Origin: Eledone cirrhosa
Taxonomy: Eukaryota
NCBI GenBank assembly: GCA_964016885.1
Contig: OZ024763.1
Coordinates: forward strand, 9,176,001 to 9,240,000
DNA length: 64,000 nucleotides
Reading direction: 5' to 3'
The position numbers and the translations under genes were made by a program. Of the stretch, positions 51,410 to 63,239 are shown piece by piece; the first letter of the stretch is position 1; each line of letters begins with the position of its first letter. A model generated the notes under the pieces. That model was not told where the DNA came from. It saw only the letters and a program-made list of their open reading frames with translations, and did no database searches.

Positions 51410-53220
51410 AATGGTTTCTGATTTAGGCATTCAGAATATTGTGAGGCGTAACAAAAAGCCACAAAGCATTTTGTCCAAAGCTCTACCACTTCTGCTAATC
51501 CACCCCCAGGCACAAGGCCAACAATTTATCGGGAGGGAGGATGAGGAGAAAGTTGATTATATTGACCCCAGTATTTGACTAGTATTTTATTTTATGGACC
51601 TCAGAAGAATAAAAGGCAAAGTTGGCTACAGTTGGTTTTGAACTCAGAACATAAAGGGCTGCAACTAAATACCACAAGATATTTTGTCAGATGCTCTAAC
51701 GATTCTGCCAATGCACTACCCTTTAATAACAATAATATTTTCTAAGATAGGTACAAGGCCAGAATTTGGGAGGTAAGAGACAGGAAAATGATATCAATAT
51801 CAGTATGTAACTGGTACTAATATAGGCACACAGCCACCAATTTCGGAATGGAGGGCATGAAGGGTTGTGTACGTAGTTAAATTAACCCATGTCAGAATGA
51901 AAGGCAAAGTTGAAAACTGGCAGGATTTGAATGTAAACAGCTGCAGCTAGGTATTTCTGCTCAACTCTATTCATGGCTTTAACAATAACAATAATTTCTA
52001 ACATAAACTGAAGGCCATAAAACAGTCAAAATTATATAAACCTCAGTATGTGACTAGTACTTTATTTCATCGACCCCTGGGAAATGCAAGGCAAAGTTAT
52101 AAAACTGGCAAGATTTAAACTAACATTGGCCCAAGGCCAGAAATTATTGAGGGAGGGAATGGGTGGGATAAAATAACCGATTACATAAACCTCAGTATGT
52201 TACCAGTACTTCATTTTATCCCCCCCCCTCCATCCCAAGAAAGATGGAGGGCATATTTGAAACTGGGCCAACTTTGAACTCTGAATTTTCTAACAGACCA
52301 AAAGAGAGGAGCAGGAGGACATAGTCAATTACATCAATATGCAGTACATAACTGGTACTAATATAGGCACAAGGTCACAAATTTTGAGGAAGAAAGGATG
52401 GCATAACTGATTAAATTGATCCTTATCTGCCCCCTTCCCAGTACATAACTCGTATTTTAACCAATTGACTCCAGAGTACAAATGGCAGAGAGTGGAAAAC
52501 AGGCAGGATTTGAACTGAGAACTGCAGCTAAATACCAGAAGCTATGTTGTGCCCCACTAGTTACACATTCTGTCAATGGCTGAAAATTTGTAGGAAGGGA
52601 ACAATTAATCTCAGCGTATTACTGGTACTTTATTTTATTGACCCCCGGAATGATGAAAGGCAAATTTGAAACTGGACAGAATTTGAAATCAGAACTTAAA
52701 TTATCTGATGCTCTACCGATTCTGTTAATCCACTGCCTTTGACTTAACAATGATTTCTAATTTAGGCACAAGGCCAGCAATTTTAGGGGGAAGGGGATAG
52801 TCGATTATATTGAACCCAATTCTTTACTGGTATTTTATCAACCCTGGACGTTTCCAAGCCAAAGTTGACTTTAGTAGGATTAGAACACAGTGTAAAAAAC
52901 AAAAACGAATGTCACAAAATATTTTATCTGACACTCTACCGATTCTGCCAATCCATTGCCCTTATCTTAACAATAATATAATTTCTTTTATATAAAAAGG
53001 GGCCACTCAGGTTTGAACTGGGAACCTTTCAATCTGGGTATTCTACCACTGAGATAACAACAACAATTGTTTCTATTTTAGGCACAAGGCCAGAAATTTG
53101 AAGGGAAGGGAAAACTTGCTTAAATTGACCCCAGTGCGTTACTGGTTCTTTATTTTATCAACCCCCGTAAGGAACTTCAGCAGGATATTTAACTGAGAAT
53201 GTTAAGGGATGTAACTCTAA
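51410..53220 (-). mobile_element. Head-to-tail cluster of roughly ten decayed Nin-domain tRNA SINE pieces
   Basis: Recurring GGCACAAGGCCAG..TTGACCCCAGT..CTGGTACTT..GAAAGGCAAAGTTGA..GATTTGAACTCAG, all in one orientation. Confidence 0.8.
52999..53055 (-). pseudogene. tRNA(Cys)-like fragment
   Basis: Minus strand CTCAGTGGTAGAA..AGATTGAAAGGTTCCCAGTTCAAACCTGAGTGGCCCC; anticodon arm broken. Confidence 0.4.
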
Positions 53221-53906
53221 GCAGTAAACATTGATAATGGAATGGACCTCCATCAGTTTCAACGATGAGCATTCCAGACATGTGTACTCATGACTGGTCT
53301 TTTGAATTAAAGATATCAAGTACAATTTATCTTGTTAACAAGCATGTGGATGAGCATTCCACAGACATGTGTATACTTAGGGTGTTCACAGGGAGATTCA
53401 GCATAACACTGTGAGAAGGTCAGTCTTTTGAATTAGAAGTACAATCCAAATTGTTTTATAGTTGCTGAGTATTTCAGAGAGATGTGTACCCATAATGTAA
53501 TTAAATTACAGGTGCAGTCCATTTGATGGGCTTCTAAACAGTTTTGGTTTACACAATTTCACTCACAAGACATGGATGGGTTGACCCTAAGCTAAGATAA
53601 ATGACATTTGACTAAGATGTCACACAGTGGCATTGAACCTGGGACCTAATGATTGTGAAGTGAACTTCTTTACCATTCAGCCATATTGCCCACACATATC
53701 TGCTGTCTGTTTACCAGAACAGTCAACATGTTTCTGGGTTATTTCTCTTCATCAGTTCTTCGATGCCACTGATGAACAAACAGATGACAATGGTCATCAA
53801 AAACAAAACAGCATAATGAGGTTGTTTACTTGCAAACAAATCGAATATTATTATCATTATTCAATATAAAACCCATAATTACATTTATATATTTATGTGT
53901 GCATGT

Positions 53907-53945
<39 letters not shown>

Positions 53946-54009
53946 GTCCTATATGTGAAAGACAGATCTGGGGTTAATAATAATAACAATAAAAAAAATA
54001 ATAATGGTT

Positions 54010-54200
54010 TCTGATCTAGGCCCAAGCCCAACAATTTAGGATGAGGGAAAAGTCGATTAAATCGACATAACTGGTACTTTTTATCAATGAAAGGCAAGTT
54101 GAACATGGCAGTATTTGAACTCAGACCGTAAAGGGCTGTAACTATATGTCAAAGCACGTTGTCCGATGCTCTACCAATACTGCCAATCCACTGCCCCTCA
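54010..54200 (-). mobile_element. Nin-domain SINE
   Basis: CTGGTACTTTTTATCAATGAAAGGCAAGTTGAAC..TTTGAACTCAGA..GTCCGATGCTCTACC. Confidence 0.75.
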
Positions 54201-54930
54201 ACAACAGCATGACTGATTATCAGACTGTGATTTCATCATACATTCATGGTTGGGATGGTAGAAGTAGTGGTGATGGTGGTAGAAGTAGTAGTCGTAGTTA
54301 TAACAATGTAGCTTTGTCTACAGTGGTTGTAGACTGAGAAAGGGAAGGGTTGTAGGTGTATAGGTCTAGCACAGTGGAAGGGGGAGGAGGTTTTTCCAAC
54401 ATAATCATTACAATAACAATCCATCATTATCATCTTTATCATAATCATTATTATCACCATGATGATGATCACATCATTACCATTATTATAATCATCATCC
54501 TCACTGCCATCTCAACCTTCATGTTCATCACCAACATTTCACACACAACCATTTCTTTTATTCTTAGACTGTGGCCACACTGGGGCACCACTTTTTATTC
54601 TTTTACTGGCTTTGTCATTAGACTGTTGCCATGTTTAATGTGTTGCTTATTTTATCGCTTTCTTTTTCCTGAACTACTAAGTTACAAGACAAACAATAAA
54701 CACACCCGCACACACGTATATTGCTATTTTCTTCTTTTTCATGAATATAATCAGTTGAATATATAATTTGTTTTATGAGAGAGGAAGGAGAATATTTGGT
54801 TTCCTTTAAAAAAAATATACCAAATTTTTATCAACATTTTTCTAAAAAAAACACCTTTTTTCTTTCTTGGAAGAAAAACAATTTCTTTCTTAAATTTGAT
54901 TTAAAAAAAGACAAATTGCTATTTCTTCTC

Positions 54931-55190
54931 TTAACCCGTTTGATAGCAAACTGCATGAAACAGTGTTGGGTTCTGCAATATTAAGCCATTTGCTTTAAAG
55001 TGTTTATATTTATCTGAACACCTTCCATCATAATTTTATGTACGGACCTTTAGTTATGTTCCAAACACCAGCTTAATGTGAAAGTTAGTTATATTACTAA
55101 ATTACACCAAATTTTTCATTATTTTCAAAAATATTTGAAAACTATTGGCAGTATTTTTCATCAGAGAAATATGGTAACAAAAGGTGTTAA
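54931..55190. mobile_element. piggyBac-type MITE (related copies at ~50290-50530, ~61405-61680 inverted, partial ~48989-49060)
   Basis: TTAA-CCCGTTTGATAGC...GGTAACAAAAGGTG-TTAA; shared core TTATGTTCCAAACACCAGCTTAAT. Confidence 0.65.
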
Positions 55191-55367
55191 AAACAACACC
55201 TCACTCCAAATTTATATTTTTCTCTGATGAAAATAAATGATCTTGTTTCTTTGTTGTTTGGTTTTCAAGATTATTATTATCATTATTATTTTCCTTTTTT
55301 TTTAAATTTAAATTTTATATTTTGTCTTTTGATAATGAATATAATTTACAGGTGGTGGGAAATATTA

Positions 55368-55428
55368 TCATCGTTTCGTGGGAAGAACACTGACGTTTTG
55401 GTAAATTTGACGAGAGTCATCTGGTTCA
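55368..55428 (-). CDS. PTPN11: PTPN11/SHP2 terminal coding exon: (H)EPDDSRQIYQNVSVLPTKR*
   Basis: Acceptor TTCTTTTATTGCAG; phase 2 matches the preceding exon; IYQNV corresponds to the human SHP2 Y580 motif (RVYENV). Not shown in this frame by the ORF track. Confidence 0.82.
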
Positions 55429-55524
55429 CTGCAATAAAAGAATAAATTATTAATATTAATATTGATATTATCATCATCATTATTCTGTTGTTATGTATAT
55501 TTATTACAATTTCTATTATTATAC

Positions 55525-55710
55525 CGGTGAATTGGCAGTATCGGTAGAGGGTCGGACACCATGCTTTCACGCATAGAGTTACGGCCCTTGCCATTCTGAG
55601 TTCAAATCCCGCCGAGGTTAACTTTGCCTTTCATCCTTACAGGGTCGATAAAATAAAGTACCAGTAATGTACTGCGTAATTGCTGGCCTTGTGCCAATAG
55701 TCTAAACAAT
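55525..55710 (+). mobile_element. Nin-domain tRNA SINE (inverted partner at ~56010-56140)
   Basis: TGGCAGTATCGGTAGAG..GAGTTCAAATCCCGCCGAGGTTAACTTTGCCTTTCATCCTTACAGGGTCGATAAAATAAAGTACCAG. Confidence 0.8.
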
Positions 55711-56689
55711 TATTATACAACAACAGCAACAGCACTATTATCTGTGTTGAATGTGTGTGTGTGTGTATATATGTATATATAAGCGACCAAATTTCAACCC
55801 AGCAACTACAACAACAACACCATTGTTTGCTGCAGCAGCAGCATCAGAATGAAATGAACATCAAGAGGAACAACAAACAACAACCATTACCAGTGATCGG
55901 GCCTTAAGAAAACAACAATTATAATAATAGTAATTATTCTGGTTCTGAGATTTGGGCCCGGAGCGTAGAGGGCCGTAGCTCTATGCTGTAAAACAATTAT
56001 TATAATAATTGTTTCTACTTTTGGCGCAGGGCCAGCGGTTGTCCCAGTGTATTGCTGGTGCTTTGTTTTATCGACCCCGTAAGGGTGAAAGGCAAAGTTA
56101 ACCTTGGTGGGATTTGAACTCAGACCATCAAGGGCCGTAACTCTTTGAATAATACTGAGCAGTAATACATGGATACAATTATACACTCTTTCAAAAGTCA
56201 ACAGTTGATCTTGTATCAGTAATGACAGTAATAAAACCTGCGGCTCAGTTATCGATGATGTTGATCTTTTCTTCTTTTCGGGGTATAGCTACAGTCGCTC
56301 AGAGAGTGGGATTGGCTCAGTGCACAGTCTTTCCTCACTTTAAAAAATATTCTTCACGCACAGGCATTGCATGATAGAATTAATTAATAATTATTAATAG
56401 TGTTATTATTATTGTTATGACCATGCTGTAAAATGGAGGGGTAGAGAGAGCCTCTCTAGTGATGGCGGCACGATTAAAAACACCCAGTCCATGCTGTAAA
56501 GTGGCATTGGTGTTAGGAAGCACATCCAACCAGTGTATCAATGCCAAAACAATTATGAGCACAGCAACACATTTATATCGCAATAACTGCATAAACAGCA
56601 ATAACACTAACCATGTTAGGGCTGCGCACGGTAGTGAGGTGGCTGGTGCGGCCATGTGCGAGAACACCCCAACCGTCTCCAAGCAATTG

Positions 56690-59612
56690 CACTACAGGAA
56701 AAGGAACAAAAATATGAAGACGTCGCATCTCAGCGTTGCAACACTTAATGTTGGCACTCTCACAGGTAGATCTGGTGAAATAGCGGAGATGCTGGAGAGA
56801 AGGCATGTGGATGTGTGCTGCGTGCAAGAGGTGAGATGGAGAGGTGCCTCTGCGAGACTAATCACAGGCAAACATCTTAGTTATAAGCTTTTCTGGGTAG
56901 GTAAGGATGATGGGTTAGGGGGAGTAGGCATTTTCCTGGCTGAGAGATGGATTGATAAGACAATAGAGGTAGTTCAAGTTAATAATAGAATAATTAAGCT
57001 TAGATTAGTTGTAGGCAGGAGACTACTGACAATCATCTCTGCCTATGCTCCATAAGCAGGCCTTGGTAAAGAAGAGAAAGACTGCTTTCACGAGCAACTT
57101 TTACAAATAGCCACAATGACAGAGAACGGAGACATCGTTATGCTAGCAGGGGACTTCAATGGTCATGTTGGACAGCTCCAGGATGGATGCAAGTACACTA
57201 ACCATTTGCAACACTAACTTCCAGAAACCCGCCAACCACCTACAAATCAGGTGAGCACATAAGCCAGATTGACTTCTTACTAATTAGGCAGCGGGACAGG
57301 CAGATGGTGTCAAATACCAAGGCATACCCTGGGGAAGAATGTACCCCACAGCATAGGTTAGTCATTAGTGAGATCTCAGTAAGCAAGAGAAAGAATGAAT
57401 CATACAGGAAGGTGTGGGAAAGAAAGGTCTGGAAGCTAAAAGACTTTTCACTAAAATATAAATTTAAGAAAGCCCTTCAAGATGTGTATGACGAAAAAGA
57501 TGATTTGGAGTCATATGACATAGATGATAACTGGAATTTCTTACGTGACAACTTACTGCAGGTTACTGATGAAACTTGTGGCTGGAGCAGAGCTCCAACC
57601 AGACAGAGAGTGACCTGGTGGTGGAACAGCGCAGTAGATAGGACCATTAGAGACAAAAGACTAGCATGAAGGATATACAGCCGCTAAGAGAGAAGCTAGA
57701 TGTCAGGTGTATTTAGCATGCAGGGAGGCTGAGAGTCTGCGACGGGAAGATCAGAGATGTGCGGTGTTCCACATTGCAAGGCAGTGTGTCAGTACAAATC
57801 AAGATGTTGTTGGAGATAAGTATGTCCGGAATGATGCCGGTGTACTTAGTGTCACGAATGATCAGAAAAAGGAGGCCTGGAAATGTCATTATGAGAGACG
57901 GATGAATGTGGAGAACGAATGGGCGAGAGAGAAATTACCGTCAGTAGATCCGACAGAGGGACCAGCTATTGAGATTGATGAATATAGGGTCCAAGAGGCG
58001 ATTAAGGAAATGAAAAATGGTAAGGCCGCTGGACCGTCGGGGATAGATGCTGAAGGCATCAGGGGACGTAGGCACTAAACTGGTTGCACGCATCATCAAT
58101 CAGGCTATATATGGTGGTGTCATACCCAAAGACTGGTGCAGCAGTAGTCTCATAAATTGCTACAGAGGTAAAGGGGATGCTCTGGAGAGGAGCAATTATA
58201 GGGGCATAAAACTGATGGATCAAGTGGCTGAAAGGATATTAGCACAACTAATTAGAGAAAGGGTTAAACTAGATGAGATGCAGTTTGGTTTTGTGCCTGG
58301 AAAAAGTACAACAGATGCTCTCTTCTTGGTGAGATAATTACAATAGAGGTTCTTGAATAAGCCACTATACTTAGCTTTTGTTGACCTAGAGAAGGCCTTT
58401 GATAGGGTACCCTAATCTGTCATCTGGTGGTCCCTAAGGAAATTAGGTGTTGAGGAATAGCTTGTGAGGACAGTGCAAACTTTGTACAGAGGTGCTGTCA
58501 GTTAAGTGAGGGTAGGAATGGAGTTTAGTGAGAAATTTCAGATACAAGTAAGGGTACATCAGGGTTTGGTCCTCAGCCCGCTCTTGTTCATTATAGTCCT
58601 CCAAGCCATAACAGAGGGATTTAAGACTGGCTGTTCATGGGAACTTCTCTATGCTGACGATCTGGTTCTTATAGCAGAATCAGTAGAGGAGCTAGAGAAT
58701 AAATTCTGGCTATGGAAACAGCAGTTGGAAGTAAGAGGACTGAGAGTGAACCTAGCTAAGACAAAAGTGTTGATGAGTAGAAAAGAGGACAAAACTCTTA
58801 TTCCATCAGGGAAATGGCCATGTTCGATATGCAGAAAAGGAACTGGCATAAATTCTATAAAATGTACACAAGAGATGTAGTGGGATAGCAGGCAAACTAA
58901 CAGGTAGGGAGAAATACGTATGCAGTAGATGTACAGGGAAATTAGACAGAAGTTGCATCGATAGACACATTTTTCAAATGCAGGTGGGAACTATAGAAGT
59001 GTTGGATAGCTTCCGGTACCGAGGAGATCAGATTAGCATGGGAGGGGAGTGTTCTGGGGCCATAATATCTAGAATAAGGACAGGTTGGAAAAAGTTTAGG
59101 GACTGTTTCCTCTGTTGACAAAGAAGGGTTTCTCCCTGCATACGAAAGGCCAGTTATATGATGCCTGTGTGAGGAGCGTGATGCTGCATAGTAGTGAGAT
59201 ATTGGCAGCAACTGCAGAGGATATATGATGGCTGGAGAGAAATGAAGCAAGCATGCTCCGTTGGATGTGCAATGTCAATGTGCTTGAACGACCCAGCATG
59301 AATGTGTTGAGAGAGAAACTGTGTCTGAGAGGGATAGAATGTAGTGTGTGAGAGAGGAGACTGAGGTGGTATGGACATATGATGCGCATGGAGGATGGCT
59401 GATGGGTGAAGAAGTGTCAGAAAATGCCAGTTGAAGGAAGACTTGGTAGACCACGAAAACATGGGTGGAGGTGGTGAGAGCAGAACTCAGATCACTGAAG
59501 CTCACGGTGGAGATGACGAAGGATGTGACAAGTGGAGAGATGCTGTGTTGAATAAGACCCGTCCTGCCCTTGCAAGCAGGGAAAAGCGGATGTAAAATGA
59601 TAATGATTATTA
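56690..59612 (+). mobile_element. Near full-length degenerate RTE LINE in a PTPN11 intron (antisense to the gene)
   Basis: ATLNVGTLTGRS..CCVQEVRW..SAYAP, NYRGIKL, LYADDL, WPCSICRK; 3' tail GGAAAAGCGGATGTAAAATGATAATG. Confidence 0.93.
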
Positions 59613-59614
59613 TT

Positions 59615-60988
59615 CCTACTGATGTCACAGTCGTAGTGTCGAACACCAAAAACATTAAGGTGATAAGCACTGTTCTGAAGGAATATGAAGCGCTGACAGG
59701 AGCAAAAATCAATCAGGAAAACTCTGTGAGCCTGCAACTCCGCACATATAGGTCCATGCTGTCTAACAGTGTCATCGGACACTGGACGGACGGGCCGGTT
59801 AAATTACTCTGGGTTTGGCTTGGTCCTGACCTCCAGATGGATAGAAATAGGGATCAGGTGATGAACAGAGTAGCCAATCTCACCCAGAAATGGACCGAAA
59901 GAAAGCTGTCCTTGAAATGTAGGATAGAGGTGGCGAACACAATCATCGCGTCTGTCATCTACTACCACTTGATCATCGTGCCTTGTCTCAAACCCTGTCT
60001 GATTGCACTGGAGTGTTTGCTCCTCCGATTCTTGTAGAGGGGACGTGTTCCAATGGTCAGGTGGTTCATCTGTTGTCAACAGCCTCTGTGTGGAGGACTG
60101 GGAATGCTGTGGCTAATGGTGAGCAGAAATGTGCTGAGGCTATGATATCTCTATCTCTACCTAAACGTTGTTTACCAGATGCATGTTCCCCCAGCTTGTA
60201 TCCTTAATCGGGCAATATGATTGGTAGAAACACCACCTTAACGTTCTATAGAGAGTTAGTGGCAGATAAAAGCGACGACGTTCTTAGGGAAACCCAACGA
60301 AAATCAACTAGCCACTTTTTCAAAAGGACTTTCGGTCCAGGTCCCATGGATAATTTCCAGTGCTACCGAGGAGCTTTGCCAGTTCGAGATAAACTCTCCA
60401 GACATGGAAGTGCTGTTAGTCAGGCGTGTCCAAGATGCGTGCAGGGCGACAAAACTGTCCTGCATGCAATTGTCCAGTGTCCAAGCATTGCTGACTTGTG
60501 GGTTTATGTCGAACACTTGCTGTCACATGTAGGACAAATTCAGTTATTAACCGAGTCCATTAGGAAGATTGTCGAGTTGTCTTCTTTTAGTCAAGAAGGG
60601 CAGGTCATTTATATATGTCTTGTGGCCATGGTGAAAGAGGTTGAAGACGACCACTTTCCGCTTTGGAGAAATCCTGATTAACTGCTTCAGTTTTCGCTTG
60701 AGGAGGAAAATAAGGGTAGAGAGAGAAGTGTTGCCTTCAAAGCAATTTGTTGAAAGGTAGGTGAGGGAAGCGAGCATGGCCCAAGTGAATGGGCCCGCTC
60801 TGAGTGTAAACCTGTAGATTGGAGGACCCTTCTTTGTTTTCATTTTATTATTATCTTTTTTTTTTAACATTGTTAAAATTTGTTTACACACAAAACCCAC
60901 ACACCAACACAACACTGTTTTTGTCCTCTACTGTCATGTTTTTCTTGATGTAAACCCTTTGTGGTTAATAAAGAAATCATTATTATTA
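59615..60988 (+). mobile_element. 5'-truncated L1/Tx1-clade LINE
   Basis: YEALTGAKINQENS, WTERKLSLKCRIEVAN, GGLG, CCHC motif CPRC..TVLHAIVQC; AATAAA plus (ATT)n end. Confidence 0.82.
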
Positions 60989-61153
60989 TGCAAATGCATA
61001 TCTATACGATTGTGTGTGCATGTACGAATGTGTATGTATATGTGTGAATGTCTATTATTAAGATTGTGTCATCATCATCATCATTTAACGTCTATCTTCC
61101 ACGCTAGCATGGGTTAGATTGTGTATATATGTGTATTCATCTATAGAACTTAC

Positions 61154-61374
61154 TGTGGAACTTCACGGAATTTTACTGGTCGTGGTGGAGCTTGAGATAA
61201 ATTTGTCCTCTGGTGTGGCGAAAGTGAGGCTTGAACAGGCGATGTCAGCTGTGGTGGATTAATTCTTGTCTGCTGTGGTGGAATATTCACATTGGTTTTA
61301 GACATGGCTCTCTGAAGATCTGTTGTGCCAGCATAGCGAATGTTTGTATATTCACGGCCATCCACTTGACTCAT
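61154..61374 (-). CDS. PTPN11: PTPN11/SHP2 penultimate coding exon (C-terminal tail, EYTNI motif, Pro/Gln-rich)
   Basis: Acceptor TTTTTATTGCAG|ATG, donor CA|GTAAGT; 221 nt; GREYTNIRY corresponds to human GHEYTNIKY (Y542). Confidence 0.9.
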
Positions 61375-61961
61375 CTGCAATAAAAACAAGAAAAATTCCA
61401 AACTTTAACAACCCTTTCATTACTGTATTTCTAATGAAAGATACTGCAACAGTTTTTCAAATAATTTTGAATATAATCAAGAATTTGGGTGGATTAAGTA
61501 AGATAACTTTCTTGCTTCTAAGATGGTGTTTCGGACCACATTTTTTGCATAAAATTTGGAGGGATTTAGAAACATAACTAACTTTTTAATTATTAATGTG
61601 GTGTTTGGAACATAACTTACCAAAGATTCTTATATAAAATTATGATAGGTTTCTAGATAAAAATATAAACACTTTAACCATTTCATTATCATATTTCTAA
61701 AGAAAAACACTGCTGCAAGTTTTCAAATAATTTTGAAAAATATTTGAGAATTGGAAGAGCAACCAGGAGCACAAAACACAGAGAGAATGACAGAGAGAAA
61801 GAAACAGTAAGGTTCATAACCAGAGAGATGGAGGGGAGAGTGGAAGAGGGAAAGAGAGGAAGAAACATTAGGATATAGAAGTAGAGACAGAGATTAAGAT
61901 ATAAAAGTACAAAAAAGAGAATGAGAAATGAATATATTATAGTAGAGAGAGTGAGACAGAC

Positions 61962-62110
61962 CTGTTCTGCCTGCAACCGTTGTATGGTGTCAATATATTG
62001 TTGTACAGCAAGGTAGATAAACTTGTACTGGGCCTCTGTCTGGACAAGACCTGACCTCTGGGAACGTACCATTTGGATGGTCTTCTGGATATCAATCTCA
62101 CAATCCAAAC
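61962..62110 (-). CDS. PTPN11: PTPN11/SHP2 exon encoding the PTP domain end (Q-loop)
   Basis: (G)[39 protein letters not shown] closely matches SHP2; acceptor TTCTTCATCAAAAG, donor CAG|GTCTGT; 149 nt. Confidence 0.95.
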
Positions 62111-62139
62111 CTTTTGATGAAGAAATACAAAATGGATGT

Positions 62140-62174
<35 letters not shown>

Positions 62175-62298
62175 TTACATACACACATGCAAGCATGGTA
62201 AACTAGATGTTAAAAATGATGATGCTTATTTGTGTATATATATATATATATATACCGTGATATAAAATAAATGGAAACTATATTTATAAAACCATATT

Positions 62299-62363
62299 TA
62301 TTTTATTATATATATTTCAAGGGCAACCAAGGCAACCTTGGTGCGCTTTCATCAGATAAAATA
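62299..62363 (-). ncRNA. Canonical minimal type-I hammerhead ribozyme (Penelope pLTR)
   Basis: Minus strand TATTTTAT-CTGATGA-AAGCGCACCAAGG(TTG)CCTTGGTTGCCCTT-GAAAT-ATAT-ATA^ATAAAATA; 8-bp stem I, long stem II, palindromic stem III. Confidence 0.85.
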
Positions 62364-63239
62364 CAAAGTTTGTTTTATAAATAAAGACGTACCCATGAAA
62401 ATCAAACCTTATCGGTCGGAAATTCACTGGATAGTGGAAACATATTAATGATTATTCAGAATTATGTGTGAATATCCAAATGAATGTGTAAATAATTGAA
62501 AAAACAACCGTTTATTTAAATGACGCTGGAGAAAGATAGGGAAGAAAGAGAGAGAGAAAAAATATTATTATTTTGAGATAGATAGAGAGAAGAAATTTAC
62601 AAGAGGATGAATAGAAGTCATATAACGTAAATAAGTTTATGTTTATATCTACTAATGATACGTATATTTACTATTATTTTGTTAGAATTCTTTTCTAATA
62701 TAATATAATATTTACTATTATAAGTAGATAGAGAAAATAGATATATATAGAAAAATAAATATATATATAAAAATAAATATATATAAAAGATTAGATAGAA
62801 AAATAACCCATTTTGTCAAAGATATAAATGTTGAAAGATCTATTTAGCCTGAATTAGTTATTGGTTATAAATCTAATAAACTATTTTAAAAAATATAAAA
62901 AAATATTAAACATTCTGGAAAATTAAAAAGAAAACATTAAAAATTTTATAAGAGATAAGTAGATTTTAAAAAATAAGTAATTTCTAAAATATATGAAATA
63001 TTTTAGAAGTAAAAAATAAAAAAATATGAAAAATGCAAGATTCAAGAAGTAAAAGATAAAGAATTAAAAAACTTTAAAAAATATTAAAATTAAAGTTAAA
63101 ATTAAAATTTAAAAGTTTAGGATCATATATGTTTTAAGAAATTTTAATAAGTGAAATTATAGCAAACAATATATGGAAATAAGTAGAAATATTATAAGTG
63201 TAATTATAATTTATAAATGTTGAATTTAGGCGATCTTTT

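Noticed and set aside
56236-56338. Exon-like stretch in the PTPN11 intron
   Set aside because: Weak AAG acceptor, early stop in the required phase and no SHP2 similarity.
61689-61961. Hydrophobic C-terminal extension of the PTP ORF
   Set aside because: Read-through into the pyrimidine-rich intron past the GT donor at 61961.
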